Source: a bacterium HR37
GTDB lineage: Bacteria; Desulfobacterota_D; UBA1144; Nemesobacterales; CSP1-2
Assembly (NCBI GenBank): GCA_002898375.1
Contig: BEIN01000014.1
Location: 6,712-70,711 of the forward strand
Length of the DNA: 64,000 bases
Direction of reading: 5' to 3'
The translations under genes were made by a program, and so were the position numbers. This document shows, in pieces, positions 29,537 to 39,152 of this stretch (position 1 is the stretch's first letter; every line of letters begins with the position of its first letter). Below the pieces are notes generated by a model that saw nothing but the letters and a program-made list of their open reading frames with translations, was not told where the DNA came from and did no database searches.

Positions 29537-31030
29537 TTATCGGCCAAGTAACGCTAGAACCTGCTGGGGAACGGTATTGGCTTGGGCTAGAACCGATATT
29601 CCAGCCTGCTGCATGATCAGTCCCTTTGTAAGGTTTGCTGTTTCCTGTGCAAAATCGGCGTCCACTATCCTTGAACGGGCAGCCGTTATGTTCTCACGAA
29701 TGTTATCGAGGTTTCTTACAACGGATTCAAACCTGTTCTGTTTCGCTCCCAGTATGGATCTCTGACTGTTTATAGAATCCATTGCACTCTTAAAAACAAG
29801 CATGGCAAGATTGGCTGATGCTGCAGTGGTTACCGTTTGTGCATTCACTGTGGAATCAGAAAGTGTTGCAGTTGCACTCTTTACCCCAGTTATGGAGAAA
29901 CCGGTTGTATCAGCATCAAATGAGACGGTTGTATCACCAAGTGAATCGTTAAGAACAATGGCTCCGTTTGCACCTGCATCAACCGATGTTGTTCCTGCGC
30001 TAAAGAAGTTTGTAATGTCGGAGTCAACGGAATCGTTTGCTGTAACGGTTATGGCAGCTCCGGTCCTGTTAATAAGAACGATGGCCGAGTCATCGCTGGT
30101 GCCATCGCCATTTAGGTCATCTACCCTGACCGCGGTAACGCCGTGCTGGGCGGTTTTGGCATTTATAGCGTTGACAAGATTATTGGCCAAATCCCCAAGC
30201 GTGGCTCCTGCTGCTGCTGCATCTATTGAAATTCCGTTTATTACAAGAGCTCCTGCAGCTATATCGGCTGCGGATGCAGCAGAGGGGTCAAAGGAGACAC
30301 CAACCAGGCCGTTTCCGTAGCCAAATGCTGTAACACCTGTGCTACTGGTATAGGAATTTATGGTGTTAATCTTTTCTGAGGAAAGTGTGTTTGCGGCAAA
30401 TTGGCTTCCCAGGCTAACCCCTTCTAGGGTTGGGGTGGCAGAGGATGCGTTTGCATACGCTCTTGCTATTCTGGTGGCAAGGTCAGAATTGCTCAGGTTG
30501 TTTATGGTTGCATAGTTTGTAGCTATACCTAACGTGGCTGGAGAAACGTTGGAGATGGAGATATTTATGGTTTCATTTACCTCTAACCCGACCTGTATAT
30601 CTGCACTAAAGCCTCCTGCAAGAAGTTTCTCACCGTTAAATCTGGTCTGGTTAACGATTCTGCTTAGTTCATCTATAAGCTGAGAAACTTCTTGATTAAG
30701 AGAGTTCCTGTCCTGAGTTGTGTTATAGCTTGCCGCCTGTTCTGCCAATTCGTACATTCTCTGCAGGTTGTTTACCATCTCATCCATTGCCCCTTCTGCT
30801 GTTTGCAGTATAGATATACCATCGTTGGCGTTTCTTATCGCAACTGTAAGACCCCTTATTTGAGTTGTCATTCTGGTAGATATGGCAAGTCCAGCTGCGT
30901 CATCTTTAGCTGAGTTGATCCTTAACCCGGAAGAGAGCCTCTGCATGGCAGTTTGTATAATTGGCTCTGTTTTGCTAAGGTTTCTCTGTGCATTGACAGA
31001 GAGTAAGTTTGTGTTAATTACCAGTGGCAT
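29537..31030 (-). CDS. fliC: flagellin
   Basis: 497 aa; conserved D0/D1 N-terminus MPLVINTNLLSVNAQRNL...RINSAKDDAAGLAI and C-terminus QQAGISVLAQANTVPQQVLALLGR. The central ~300 aa is an Ala/Thr/Ser/Gly/Asn-rich variable domain. Confidence 0.9.
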   Translation of the reverse strand: MPLVINTNLLSVNAQRNLSKTEPIIQTAMQRLSSGLRINSAKDDAAGLAISTRMTTQIRGLTVAIRNANDGISILQTAEGAMDEMVNNLQRMYELAEQAASYNTTQDRNSLNQEVSQLIDELSRIVNQTRFNGEKLLAGGFSADIQVGLEVNETINISISNVSPATLGIATNYATINNLSNSDLATRIARAYANASSATPTLEGVSLGSQFAANTLSSEKINTINSYTSSTGVTAFGYGNGLVGVSFDPSAASAADIAAGALVINGISIDAAAAGATLGDLANNLVNAINAKTAQHGVTAVRVDDLNGDGTSDDSAIVLINRTGAAITVTANDSVDSDITNFFSAGTTSVDAGANGAIVLNDSLGDTTVSFDADTTGFSITGVKSATATLSDSTVNAQTVTTAASANLAMLVFKSAMDSINSQRSILGAKQNRFESVVRNLDNIRENITAARSRIVDADFAQETANLTKGLIMQQAGISVLAQANTVPQQVLALLGR

Positions 31031-31129
31031 TTGCTTTTACCTCCTTTTAATTTTGGTTTTTGCTCTCTTTAAAGAATTCCTTTAAAACTCTTTATCACCT
31101 CCCTTAGAGTTTTTTTGTTTCTAATTCTC

Positions 31130-31156
31130 TTATCGGTTTTTTTTTGATAAACTTTA
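31130..31156 (-). promoter_or_regulatory. sigma28 promoter TAAAGTTT-N11-ACCGATAA for fliC, with ~100-nt leader
   Basis: Read from the reverse complement. The leader carries AAGGGAGG and the SD AAGGAGG. Confidence 0.7.
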
Positions 31157-31163
31157 ATTACGA

Positions 31164-32417
31164 ATGGTAGATTTTAAGGCTACGGGTTTAAATACCAGCT
31201 TCCTCATAATAAAGAGTGCTTCTAAGAGGGGATTGGTTTTAAAACCGGGGGAGATTGTAAAAGGAAAAATTGTAGAGGTATCACCTCTGGGTGATGTGTT
31301 GTTAAAGATAAAGGGAACCCTTGTTAAAGCCAAAGCGAAGCTAAATTTAGAAAAGGGGTTAGAGGGTCTTTTTAAGGTTTTAGATACTGGGGTGGATAAC
31401 ACCACCCTAAAGCTTCAGTTTGTTGAGTATTCTGGGAAAAAGATATATCCGGATTACAGTAGTGAACTCAGAGGTGATCTGGAGAAGTTAGTTAAAAGCC
31501 TGGGTGTGGTTATTAAGAAAGAAGGGATCAGTGCTACAGAGGTAAGAGGAATCTATTTTGATTTATTAAAAGCCCTACATTCTAATGCTGATACCCTATC
31601 GGACCCACTCCGTTTTGATCTGATACATCTTCTCCGGAGTTTTTTGAAATCTGATGGGCAAGGTGTAAGTGAAAGGCTTGGGATTTTTAAAGACCGAATT
31701 CCGGCTCCTTTAAAAGAGTTTATCCCTTATGGAATCTTTATTGATGAGGTAATGGAGGGAGAAAGGGAAGAAGTTTTGGGACTAAGAAAGGCTCTGCAGA
31801 ATAGTGGTGTTGCTCTTGAAGCTAAGTTAAGGCTTTTCCTTAAGCAAATTGAGAAGAAAGAAAAACAGGATATCAGGGAACTGGAAAGTTCCCTTTTAAA
31901 GGAAGATATGAAACTTAGTCTGCTCAAGATAAAAGAGCTTTTGGAAGAGGGGGCGGGTGCAAGAGAAGGGATTAGAGATAAAGGGATTCTGGAGCAGGCT
32001 AATACCCTTCTTAAGGATATAGAGACCTATCAGATACTCTCAAAGGTTACAGATTCACTTTATACGTTCTTGCCTCTAACCTGGAGGGGATTTAAGGACG
32101 TCGATATAATGCTAAAAAAAACTGGGATTGGCTGTAAAGACCAGCTTTATGTCTGCAGAATCCAATTCGATACTGAGAGGTTGGGAAATCTAACAGCTAC
32201 GGTTCTTATGTATAGAGATGGTTTCTTTGTGGTGTTTAAAACAAAAAGCCCTTTATTCTTGAAGTTGCTGAATCTTTATGTAAATGAGTTGGAGGAAGCG
32301 TTTAGAAGTAAAGGGCTTAGCTTAAAAGTGGTAAGGATCTTGGATGCTGATGAAAGCAGCTCTGATGAGCTGGATTATTCCCTATCTTTTAGGAATATGG
32401 TGGATATCAAGGTATGA
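31164..32417 (+). CDS. FliK-like protein (C-terminal Flg_hook/T3S4-like domain), paralog of the hook-length control protein
   Basis: 417 aa; C-terminal [53 protein letters not shown] follows the FliK C-terminal domain pattern; translationally coupled to the downstream FlhB-C-like gene. Confidence 0.45.
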   Translation: MVDFKATGLNTSFLIIKSASKRGLVLKPGEIVKGKIVEVSPLGDVLLKIKGTLVKAKAKLNLEKGLEGLFKVLDTGVDNTTLKLQFVEYSGKKIYPDYSSELRGDLEKLVKSLGVVIKKEGISATEVRGIYFDLLKALHSNADTLSDPLRFDLIHLLRSFLKSDGQGVSERLGIFKDRIPAPLKEFIPYGIFIDEVMEGEREEVLGLRKALQNSGVALEAKLRLFLKQIEKKEKQDIRELESSLLKEDMKLSLLKIKELLEEGAGAREGIRDKGILEQANTLLKDIETYQILSKVTDSLYTFLPLTWRGFKDVDIMLKKTGIGCKDQLYVCRIQFDTERLGNLTATVLMYRDGFFVVFKTKSPLFLKLLNLYVNELEEAFRSKGLSLKVVRILDADESSSDELDYSLSFRNMVDIKV

Positions 32418-32683
32418 GCGGTAAGATAAAGAAGGCTGTAGCGTTAAGATATGACAAGGAGGCTGACTCTGCACCCAGGGTGGTGGCAAAGGGAAGGGGA
32501 AATGTTGCTGAAAAGATTTTACAGATTGCAAGGGAGTATAATATACCATTGAAAGAGGATCCAATTCTGGTAGATGCCCTCTCAACCCTTGATCTCTACC
32601 AGGAAATTCCTCCAGAGCTCTACAAGGCTGTTGCAGAGGTTCTTGCTTTTGTATACAGGCTAACCCAAAGGGAACTTAAATAG
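32414..32683 (+). CDS. FlhB C-terminal-domain-like protein (YlqH/EscU-YscU family stand-alone domain)
   Basis: 89 aa; [39 protein letters not shown]...[15 protein letters not shown] matches the FlhB cytoplasmic C-terminal domain. Confidence 0.7.
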   Translation: MSGKIKKAVALRYDKEADSAPRVVAKGRGNVAEKILQIAREYNIPLKEDPILVDALSTLDLYQEIPPELYKAVAEVLAFVYRLTQRELK

Positions 32684-32691
32684 GATTTTAA

Positions 32692-33231
32692 CTATGGGGT
32701 TGTCTCCTTTGCTTCTTTCGCATTTAGTATCCTTTTTGTTATAGTTGCAGCCTTCTGAGACTCTATAAGGGCAAGTATTGATCCTGCTTTTTTGCTTTTC
32801 ATATTTAGTATGATGGTTACTGCTGTTTCTTCATCCAGGGCTGATAGCTTAATGGCTGCTTCTTCTGGAGGCATGGATTCGTAGAGTTTTACCACATGAT
32901 TTAGCCTTTCTTCTTTAATTTTATCTAGTTCCTTTAGGGCTTTCTCAATCTGGGTTAGAATTTCTGTATATTTTTGAATCTTTTCTTCAAGATCTTTTCT
33001 TAAGATTTCAAGCCTCTCTTCTTCTTTTTTTAAAAGGGCTTCTTTGTTTTCAAGCTCTTTTTGTTTCTTCTCTATAGCCTGTATTATGTCGTTTTCAGGA
33101 TAAGCGGGAGTAAGGGATATGGATGCAAAAAAACAGGTCATTGCTATTACCTGAATTGCTAGTAACCCTTTTGTTAATCTCCTTAGCGCTATCTGTTTAC
33201 CTTCTTTAAAAGGGAAATAAAATCTATCCAT
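32692..33231 (-). CDS. flagellar MgtE-N-like domain protein (B. subtilis YlxF/FlbB-like)
   Basis: 179 aa; N-terminal TM, coiled coil, C-terminal MPPEEAAIKLSALDEETAVTIILNMKSKKAGSILALI; placed after fliJ as in the B. subtilis fla/che operon. Confidence 0.5.
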   Translation of the reverse strand: MDRFYFPFKEGKQIALRRLTKGLLAIQVIAMTCFFASISLTPAYPENDIIQAIEKKQKELENKEALLKKEEERLEILRKDLEEKIQKYTEILTQIEKALKELDKIKEERLNHVVKLYESMPPEEAAIKLSALDEETAVTIILNMKSKKAGSILALIESQKAATITKRILNAKEAKETTP

Positions 33232-33617
33232 TGTTGTTCTCTTATGGCCTTTTTCTTTTCTTCCTCAAACTGAATCTTCTTGCCCAGAAGTTCAATTAGC
33301 TTGCTTTCCCGGTATATACTTAAGACTTGATTTTTTTTCTCCTCAAATTCCTTCTCTTTTATCTCCAGGGTTCTTTTTCTCTCTTTTGTCTCCTTTGTTA
33401 GTGCTTCTATGTAGTTGTGGATAAGCTCCAGCTCCCCTATACTTACCTGATTATCATTGTAGAGATTAGATGATTCTTTTAATTTGTTCTTAAGATTCTC
33501 AAGCTTTTCTTCCTCTAGATGAAGCTCGTATCTGGTCTTTCTTAGATCAAGTTCGTATTTCTCCAGATTGTTTTTCTTTATCTCCAGAAGTTTTGACAGT
33601 ATCTTTAACCTGCTCAT
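33189..33617 (-). CDS. fliJ: flagellar export protein FliJ
   Basis: 142 aa coiled coil immediately downstream of fliI. Confidence 0.6.
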   Translation of the reverse strand: MSRLKILSKLLEIKKNNLEKYELDLRKTRYELHLEEEKLENLKNKLKESSNLYNDNQVSIGELELIHNYIEALTKETKERKRTLEIKEKEFEEKKNQVLSIYRESKLIELLGKKIQFEEEKKKAIREQQWIDFISLLKKVNR

Positions 33618-33619
33618 TT

Positions 33620-34936
33620 TTAGTTTTTATTGAATAAGATGTATAGCCTTTGAAGGCTATCGGCAAAGTCACTCCTTTCATCTGTTTTCTGTCTTAGGTA
33701 ACTTTTTAACTTCTCTATCATCTTAATAGCATAATCTACCTTGGGGTTGGTTCCCTCTCTGTAAGCTCCCAGGTTGATCATGTCCTCAGATTTCTTATAC
33801 ACAGCCATAAGTTCGATGAACTTGGAAGCGTATTCCCTGTGTTTTGAATCCACAATATCAGGCATGACCCTACTTATGCTTTGCAGGATATCTATTGCAG
33901 GATAATGGTTTTCCATGGCAAGTTCTCTGGACAGTACTATGTGACCATCAAGAATTGATCTTGTTGCATCCGCTATGGGATCGTTTAAATCGTCTCCTTC
34001 TACCAGAATCGTATAGATACCCGTTATACTGCCTTCACCTTCAGAAGTACCAACCCTCTCAAGTAGCTTTGGAAGCAGGGTAAAAACCGATGGGGTGTAT
34101 CCCTTTGTAGTTGGTGGTTCCCCTATTGCAAGGCCTATTTCACGTTGTGCTTGTGCAACACGGGTAAGCGAGTCCATAAGGAGAAGAACATTTTCTCCTT
34201 TATCCCTAAAGTACTCAGCTATTGCGGTTGCCATAAATGCAGCTCTTATTTTTAGAATAGGGGGCTCTTCTGCTGTGGAAACCACAACAACCGACTTGCT
34301 CAACCCCTTCTCCCCCAGTTGTTCTTCTATGAATTCCCTTACTTCTCTTCCCCTCTCTCCTATAAGCGCAATGACATTTATGGAGGCTTCTGTGTATCTC
34401 GATATCATGCCGAGAAGAACGCTTTTACCAACCCCTGAGCCTGCCATGAGCCCAATTCTCTGGCCCTGACCGCATGTGATGAGCCCGTTTATAGCTCTTA
34501 TACCTAGATCAATGGGTTTTGTGATCCTTTGTCTTTTAAGGGGATGGGGGCTCTTGGAAAACATTGGGTAATCAATACCGTGAATGGGGCCCTTATCGTC
34601 AAGTGCTTCACCTCTTGCGTTGATCGTTCTTCCCCTGAGGGCTTGGGAGACCAAAACGGTTGCTTTTTTATTAACCGGTAGTACTCTGGTGCCGGGTTTT
34701 ATTCCCTTCGTGTCTGATATTGCCATTAGCAGCGTGGTTCTTTCTTTAAAGCCAACGACTTCAGCTTCAATTATATGCCCGTTATCTGTAAAGATCTCAC
34801 AGTACTCTCCTATGCTTGTTTTAAGCCCGGTTGCTTTTATGATAGGGCCTGTAATCTCTACAACCTTCCCATAAACCTTTAGGGTGTCTATTTTATTAAC
34901 CCTGTTTTTATAATACGAAAGGTTAAAAGCTCTCAT
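33620..34936 (-). CDS. fliI: flagellum-specific ATPase
   Basis: 438 aa; Walker A GLMAGSGVGKS, F1-ATPase beta-like core. Confidence 0.9.
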   Translation of the reverse strand: MRAFNLSYYKNRVNKIDTLKVYGKVVEITGPIIKATGLKTSIGEYCEIFTDNGHIIEAEVVGFKERTTLLMAISDTKGIKPGTRVLPVNKKATVLVSQALRGRTINARGEALDDKGPIHGIDYPMFSKSPHPLKRQRITKPIDLGIRAINGLITCGQGQRIGLMAGSGVGKSVLLGMISRYTEASINVIALIGERGREVREFIEEQLGEKGLSKSVVVVSTAEEPPILKIRAAFMATAIAEYFRDKGENVLLLMDSLTRVAQAQREIGLAIGEPPTTKGYTPSVFTLLPKLLERVGTSEGEGSITGIYTILVEGDDLNDPIADATRSILDGHIVLSRELAMENHYPAIDILQSISRVMPDIVDSKHREYASKFIELMAVYKKSEDMINLGAYREGTNPKVDYAIKMIEKLKSYLRQKTDERSDFADSLQRLYILFNKN

Positions 34937-35606
34937 CTCGTCTGCTAATCATTTCCCTTACCAGGTTTCTTAGTTGTTCATCTATATCTATGATTATGTC
35001 TTCATAGGGACCGACTACGATTGAGCTAAAATCCGCAATTGTGTTATCTATATCGATTGTTACATCACTGTGTATGCTAAATATCTCTGGCCTGTGTTTC
35101 ATAAAGAGCTCGTAAAGAACAGGATTGACCTTTATAACAATCTGTCCACCTCTTTCTATCTTCTTAAGAGCGTTTTTGCATAACTCTACAATATGTTCAG
35201 GAGCAAGCTTTAGTTCTGCGTTTAGTATCTTTTTTGCTATGCTTATAGATAGCTCTAGAATCTCAGGCTCAAGCTCCTTTAAGGTTCTTTCCCTTAGGTT
35301 AGCGACTTCCTTTAGGGCTTTTTCCAGTTTCTCTATAAGAACTTTTGCCTTCTGCTCTCCTACTGCAAACCCGGCTTTTTCTCCTGCTTCAAAACCTCTT
35401 TGGTATGCATCTTTCTCGATGGATTCTAAGTTGTCTTTACTAAAGACAGTGTTTTGTTCCTCTGGATATTTGTCTTGTTCTTCCTCAAGTGAGGGCATCT
35501 TAAAACTGACTGCATTATCGTTATGTATAATTCGCTTTTTATACTGCAATTTTCTCTTCTCCCTTTGTAAGGACAAGCTTTCCTTCAGCCTCAAGTTTCC
35601 TGGCAA
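34923..35606 (-). CDS. fliH: flagellar assembly protein FliH
   Basis: Glu/Lys-rich FliH family between fliG and fliI. The ORF-track start overlaps fliG by 68 nt; the true start is likely the internal Met (MPSLEEEQ). Confidence 0.6.
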   Translation of the reverse strand: MPGNLRLKESLSLQREKRKLQYKKRIIHNDNAVSFKMPSLEEEQDKYPEEQNTVFSKDNLESIEKDAYQRGFEAGEKAGFAVGEQKAKVLIEKLEKALKEVANLRERTLKELEPEILELSISIAKKILNAELKLAPEHIVELCKNALKKIERGGQIVIKVNPVLYELFMKHRPEIFSIHSDVTIDIDNTIADFSSIVVGPYEDIIIDIDEQLRNLVREMISRRDESF

Positions 35607-36519
35607 TTTTAACTATGTTTTGCTGGGCTTTTTGTACCTCAGATACTCTAACCGGCCCCTTTAATTCCATCTCTTCCTTAAGGAGTTGCACTGCCCTCTG
35701 TGACATGTTCTTAAATATCTTTTCCTTAAGTGCTTCTGGCGCTGTCTTAAGTGCTATGGACAGTTCATCTGTGGTTACCTCTTTAAGTAACAACTGTATG
35801 CTTCTGTCATCAAGATTTACAAGGTCGTCAAAAAGGAACATGTTTTGCCTTATAGATTCTGCAAGGGTTTCATTTTGTTCTTCTATCTTTTTAAGAATGG
35901 CTTCTTCATTGTTTCTATCGCACTGGTTCAGTATTTCTGCAGCGGTTTTTATTCCCCCTATTTTCATTCCTTCTCCTTTTCCAAGTTTTACCAGGTGAAC
36001 ATTGAGAACTTCTTCAAGCTCTCTAATTGTGCTCTCAGATATTCTCTCAATTGATGCAATCCTCATGGTAACGTCTGCTCTTAACTTCTCAGGTAGGGAT
36101 ACCAAAACCTCAGCTGCCTGTGAGGGCTCAAGAAAGCACATAATTAATGCAATGGTTTGGGGATGCTCTGTAATCAGGAAGTTGGCCAGAACCCTTGGAT
36201 CAGTCCATCTTAGTGAGTCAATTGGGCTTACCTCTGATGCCATATCAAGTATTTTCTCTGCCTGGTCTTTCCCAAATCCCTTTAGAAGGGCCTTCTTTAT
36301 AAAGTCCTCTCCAAGGAGCATATTTCCTCTGGATATAACTTCGTTGACTTCTTTTAATACCTCATCTATTTTTACTTTATCTATTGTTTTTATCTGTCTT
36401 ATGTGTTTCGTGAGTTTTCCTATCTGTTTAACATCCAGGTTCTTTAGAATTTGAGCAGCAGCTTCTTCACCAACTATACTGAGGAATATAGCTGCCTTCT
36501 CATATCCACTAAGTGCCAT
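35539..36519 (-). CDS. fliG: flagellar motor switch protein
   Basis: 326 aa; MALSGYEKAAIFLSIVGEEAAAQILKNL N-terminus and C-terminal torque-helix domain. Confidence 0.85.
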   Translation of the reverse strand: MALSGYEKAAIFLSIVGEEAAAQILKNLDVKQIGKLTKHIRQIKTIDKVKIDEVLKEVNEVISRGNMLLGEDFIKKALLKGFGKDQAEKILDMASEVSPIDSLRWTDPRVLANFLITEHPQTIALIMCFLEPSQAAEVLVSLPEKLRADVTMRIASIERISESTIRELEEVLNVHLVKLGKGEGMKIGGIKTAAEILNQCDRNNEEAILKKIEEQNETLAESIRQNMFLFDDLVNLDDRSIQLLLKEVTTDELSIALKTAPEALKEKIFKNMSQRAVQLLKEEMELKGPVRVSEVQKAQQNIVKIARKLEAEGKLVLTKGEEKIAV

Positions 36520-38039
36520 TACTTCTCCTCCAGCCAGCTTTTTACAAGCTCTGTTGCCTCTTCAGGGTGCTTATTTACCCACTCTGTTATACGTTCTTTT
36601 AAGGGTTTATCTGTTTTTTCAATTGATTCGCTGGTTTCTGCTGTTAGGATCCTGATAGGGGGTTTTTCAATCTGTGGAGGTGGTATGGAAAGGGCTTTTA
36701 TCAACGGCCTTACCACAAAGATAAAAAGGAGTAAAAGTCCAAGGACAGGAACAATATACTTAACGTTCTTTAGAATTAGTGAGATGACTTCTTTCTTGGA
36801 ATCTGTGGGAATATTTTCTTCCGGTATGGAGGCCTCCTCAAACGGCATACTTAGGACTTTTACCTCATCTCCTCTTTCTGCTATGAAACCAACTGCTTTT
36901 TTTACCATCTCTTCTATCTGGGCTAATTGCTCTTCGCTAAAGGATTGGGGAGCTCCCCCGTTTGCTTTTTGTTTGGCAGAAGAATCTAAAAGAACCACAG
37001 CAGAAATCCTTTTGACTTCACCTGGGGCTATAATGATTCGGCTTACCACCCTGCTTACTTCGTAGTTTATGGTTTCTTCTTTTTTTTCAAATTGTGACTG
37101 AGGGTTTTCGGATTGAATATTTGACCTATCTGGAAGATTGGAAACAACTCCCGGTACTCCTCCCTTTATCCCGTTAACGTTCTTCTCGGTGTTTCTTTGC
37201 TCGCTTATTACTACCTGGCTGTCTGGGTCTATTCTCTCCTCAGTTTTTTCAATCTTGGTAAAGTCTATTTTGGCTGTTACTTTTGCCTCTACCTTTCCTT
37301 TGCCTACAATTGGTTCAAGAAGCTCTACTATCCTTCTTTCCATATCTTTTTCATAGCTTCGCTGAAGTTCCAGCTGGTTTTTTGTTATGCCCAGGTTATC
37401 CTCTGTTGGTGCGGTAAGTATTTCTCCGGTTTGATCAACTATGGTTACGTCTTTTGGGTTAAGCCCATCTACACTGCTTGAAACGAGGTGAACGATACCC
37501 TGTATCTGTTCCCGGGAGAGGTATCTGCCGGGTTTGAGCTTAACAAGTACTGATGCTTTGGGCCTTTCTTCTTCTTGAGCAAAAAGGGTTTTTTCAGGTA
37601 GGGAAAGATGCACCCTGCATTGTTCAATTGCTGTTATGGATTTAATGGTTCTTGCCAGTTCCCCCTGAAGGGCCCTTCTGTAATTAAGCTTTTGAACGAA
37701 ATCGGTCATTGAAAAGCTTGTTTTATCAAACAGTTCAAATCCGACATTGCCGCCTTGAGGTATCCCTTCACTTGCAAGTTGGAGTCTAAGCTCGTAAACC
37801 TTATCGGATGGTATAAGTATTAGGTTGCCAGAGACCTTGTAGGGAATCTTTTTTTCCTTTAGTTTCTGTATTATTAAACCTGCATCTTCCTGACTCAAAT
37901 TTGAATATAAGACCTGGTACTCTGGCCTTTGTATCCAGACAATTGAGAGGATCAGTGCTGAGATGCTTAGCACTATTGCCGAGAATAAGATTGCCTTTTT
38001 CCTTGCGGGCAGGTCTCTTATGCGCTCTACTATCTGCAT
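36519..38039 (-). CDS. fliF: flagellar M-ring protein
   Basis: 506 aa, two TM, YscJ/FliF domain (YSNLSQEDAGLIIQKLKE). Confidence 0.85.
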   Translation of the reverse strand: MQIVERIRDLPARKKAILFSAIVLSISALILSIVWIQRPEYQVLYSNLSQEDAGLIIQKLKEKKIPYKVSGNLILIPSDKVYELRLQLASEGIPQGGNVGFELFDKTSFSMTDFVQKLNYRRALQGELARTIKSITAIEQCRVHLSLPEKTLFAQEEERPKASVLVKLKPGRYLSREQIQGIVHLVSSSVDGLNPKDVTIVDQTGEILTAPTEDNLGITKNQLELQRSYEKDMERRIVELLEPIVGKGKVEAKVTAKIDFTKIEKTEERIDPDSQVVISEQRNTEKNVNGIKGGVPGVVSNLPDRSNIQSENPQSQFEKKEETINYEVSRVVSRIIIAPGEVKRISAVVLLDSSAKQKANGGAPQSFSEEQLAQIEEMVKKAVGFIAERGDEVKVLSMPFEEASIPEENIPTDSKKEVISLILKNVKYIVPVLGLLLLFIFVVRPLIKALSIPPPQIEKPPIRILTAETSESIEKTDKPLKERITEWVNKHPEEATELVKSWLEEK

Positions 38040-38332
38040 CAGATTTGCATCCTGGAGATTTCTTCATACGCACTTATAAGTTTGTTTCTTATCTCCACCA
38101 TAAGCTGGAAAGACATATCCGCTTTTTCCATTGCTATTATTGCTTCAACTATATCTCCCTTTGATGCAAGCTCGTTTACAGCTTTCTCAACTTCTTTCTC
38201 AACCTGTGAGATCTTACCAATTGCGTCTTTTAAAACTTCATCGAAGTTAGATTTAGAGCTTTTATTGTTTGGTTCTAATTGCTGTGGGAAATCCAGCGAG
38301 TTCTTAAATCCGGTTACCTTTATGTCAGTCAT
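38039..38332 (-). CDS. fliE: flagellar hook-basal body complex protein
   Basis: 97 aa; FDEVLKDAIGKISQVEKE...IIAMEKADMSFQLMVEIRNKL. Confidence 0.75.
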   Translation of the reverse strand: MTDIKVTGFKNSLDFPQQLEPNNKSSKSNFDEVLKDAIGKISQVEKEVEKAVNELASKGDIVEAIIAMEKADMSFQLMVEIRNKLISAYEEISRMQI

Positions 38333-38736
38333 TATACCCTCCCTATCTCAAGTGCTTTTACAAACATAGATTTTGATATGTTAAAAGCTGAAACTGAGGC
38401 CTCATATGCCCTAAATGCCATCATCATGTTGGTTATCTCTTCTATAATGTTTATGTTTGGCATTTTTACGTATCCCTGGGAATCTGCATCTGGATGTGAA
38501 GGGTCATAAACTAAATTAAATGGGGTTGGATCCTCTACAATCTCTGCTACCGTAACCCCATTTAGTGTGGAGTCTATTGGAAAAGCTGAAAAGACAACGT
38601 CTTTCCTTCTATACGGTTCTCCATTTTCGGTTCTTGTTGAGTGGACGTTTGCAAGATTTGATGCCATTACATTTAGCCTCTGTCTTTGAGCACTTATAGC
38701 CGAAGCGCTTACCTTCAATATATTAAAGGCATTCAT
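38332..38736 (-). CDS. flgC: flagellar basal-body rod protein
   Basis: 134 aa; ISASAISAQRQRLNVMASNLANVHSTRT. Confidence 0.85.
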   Translation of the reverse strand: MNAFNILKVSASAISAQRQRLNVMASNLANVHSTRTENGEPYRRKDVVFSAFPIDSTLNGVTVAEIVEDPTPFNLVYDPSHPDADSQGYVKMPNINIIEEITNMMMAFRAYEASVSAFNISKSMFVKALEIGRV

Positions 38737-38739
38737 GGT

Positions 38740-39105
38740 TTATCTCCTTAAAGCGTTTTTAAACATTCTTATCTTTATAGAGAGCATATTTATGCCTGCC
38801 TGAAAGAGCAGGGCATTTTCTACCAGCTTGGCCATCTCAAGATCAAGTTCAACGTTGTTTTTATCTAGCCATGGCTTTGTTGGTTCAAAAACTACCTGTC
38901 CGGAGGTTTCTAGGTGGTTTCCCCTGATGTGCTTAAAGTGGGTTATCTTAAGTTCCAGTGTGGCTTTTTTGAGTTCGTCTGCAAATTTTATATCTTTTGC
39001 CCTGTAGCCGGGTGTGTCTGAATTTGCTATATTCGATAGAATGATACCGTGTCTTATGCTAGCCTGCTTCACAATACCTTCTAGGATTTTAAAATGGTTA
39101 CCCAT
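38740..39105 (-). CDS. flgB: flagellar basal-body rod protein
   Basis: 121 aa; ILSNIANSDTPGYRAKD. Confidence 0.85.
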   Translation of the reverse strand: MGNHFKILEGIVKQASIRHGIILSNIANSDTPGYRAKDIKFADELKKATLELKITHFKHIRGNHLETSGQVVFEPTKPWLDKNNVELDLEMAKLVENALLFQAGINMLSIKIRMFKNALRR

Positions 39106-39120
39106 GTTACTTGGAAATTA

Positions 39121-39135
39121 TGCAATTTTCATGCC
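39121..39135 (-). promoter_or_regulatory. sigma54 promoter GGCATG-AAAA-TTGCA upstream of flgB-flgC-fliE-fliF-fliG-fliH-fliI-fliJ
   Basis: Forward strand reads TGCAATTTTCATGCC in the 47-nt gap between the response-regulator stop and the flgB start. Confidence 0.6.
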
Positions 39136-39152
39136 TGTTTTTTTACCCCTTC

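Noticed and set aside
29802-30320. 172-aa plus-strand ORF (Ala/Val/Ser-rich) opposite the flagellin gene
   Set aside because: Antisense shadow of the GC-rich Ala/Thr/Ser codon run of the fliC variable domain; no start context or SD; fully contained in a high-confidence gene.
35125-37481. Plus-strand ORFs of 127-204 aa opposite fliH/fliG/fliF (35125-35664, 35615-35998, 36002-36454, 36451-37065)
   Set aside because: Ser/Phe/Leu-rich translations of the antisense of Lys/Glu-rich genes; no conserved motifs.
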